In this document: piece by piece, positions 63,523 to 64,000 of the stretch
How the letters are laid out: each line of letters starts with the position of its first letter
Numbering within the stretch: the stretch's first letter is position 1
Assembly: GCF_006345805.1 (NCBI RefSeq)
Contig: NC_043017.1
Span: 19,592,001 to 19,656,000 of the forward strand
Length of the DNA stretch: 64,000 nucleotides
DNA from: Octopus sinensis
Taxonomy: Eukaryota
Direction of reading: 5' to 3'
Translations under genes and position numbers: made by a program
Notes under the pieces: generated by a model
Told to the model about the DNA's origin: nothing
What the model saw: the letters and a program-made list of their open reading frames with translations, nothing else
Databases searched by the model: none

Positions 63523-63815
63523 AAGGAGGTGAGCTGGCAAAGCACACCGTCAAAATGCTTAGTAGCATTTTGTCCATCTTCACACCCTGAGTTCAAATTC
63601 CACCCAAGTTTAAGTTTGCCTTATTCTTTCAGGGTTGATAAATCAAGTACCAGTTGAGTATTGGGGGCCAATAAAAGAAGTTACAGTTAAGCACTGGCTT
63701 TGGTGTGACCAACTTACTGCCTCCGCTGAACTTGTTGGCCTTGTGCCAAAGTTTGAAACTAGAATTCATTCAAGGTGGCAAACTAGCAGAATCATTAGCA
63801 AGCTGGGCAAAATTC
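63523..63815 (+). mobile_element. SINE family 'B' on + strand plus a second truncated head
   Basis: aaggaggtgagctggc…gagttcaaattcc…gggttgataaatcaagtaccag; a second head caaggtggcaaactagcagaatc starts at about 63771. Confidence 0.8.
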
Positions 63816-64000
63816 TTAGAGGCCCCAGCATGGCCATGGCACAATGACTAATGCTACAAAAAGAACCGATAATACCAGAGCTATGAGTTGTCCAAATATA
63901 ATTCTAAGTTTTGGTCAAATGACAAAACAAAAAAGCAAACCCTTTAACCTTTTAGCTTTCAAATTACTCTGACAAGTCAAATTTAATCCTTATTTATCCA

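Overview
The window is 64 kb of AT-rich, microsatellite-dense eukaryotic non-coding DNA. It is most likely from an octopus or other coleoid cephalopod; this is inferred from my recollection of octopus tRNA-derived SINE families and was not database-checked. I find no supportable host protein-coding exon, tRNA, rRNA or CRISPR array. Almost all ORFs in the track are translations of simple repeats or SINEs. The only real coding remnants are transposon fragments: two RTE-clade LINE 3' ends (10226-10420 +, 22197-22362 -), two CR1-like 3' ends (17697-17905, 18687-18922 -) and a DD37D (maT-type) Tc1/mariner transposase C-terminus (56832-57330 -). The rest is at least five modular SINE families, TTAA-flanked piggyBac-like MITEs, a hAT MITE with an 8-bp TSD, a Tc2/pogo-like MITE, a Helentron-associated-like element, and minisatellites. 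The most interesting signal is a set of short Penelope-like (PLE) pseudo-LTR fragments sitting in (TA)n tracts that carry minimal type I hammerhead-ribozyme motifs (29654-29689 -, 29760-29795 +, 30030-30064 +, 37092-37127 +, 56575-56619 +, and a half-motif at about 49415-49436 -). Stem I differs in sequence between subfamilies but still pairs. Two of these motifs lie at the centre of near-perfect palindromes. Also notable are a 134/136 inverted repeat (1425-1560 vs 2488-2623), whose two mismatches are G.U pairs on the + RNA and A:C pairs on the - RNA, a three-level nested insertion (40286-41430), and a window-wide purine bias on + that suggests an intron of a minus-strand gene. All alignments, counts and folds were done by eye.
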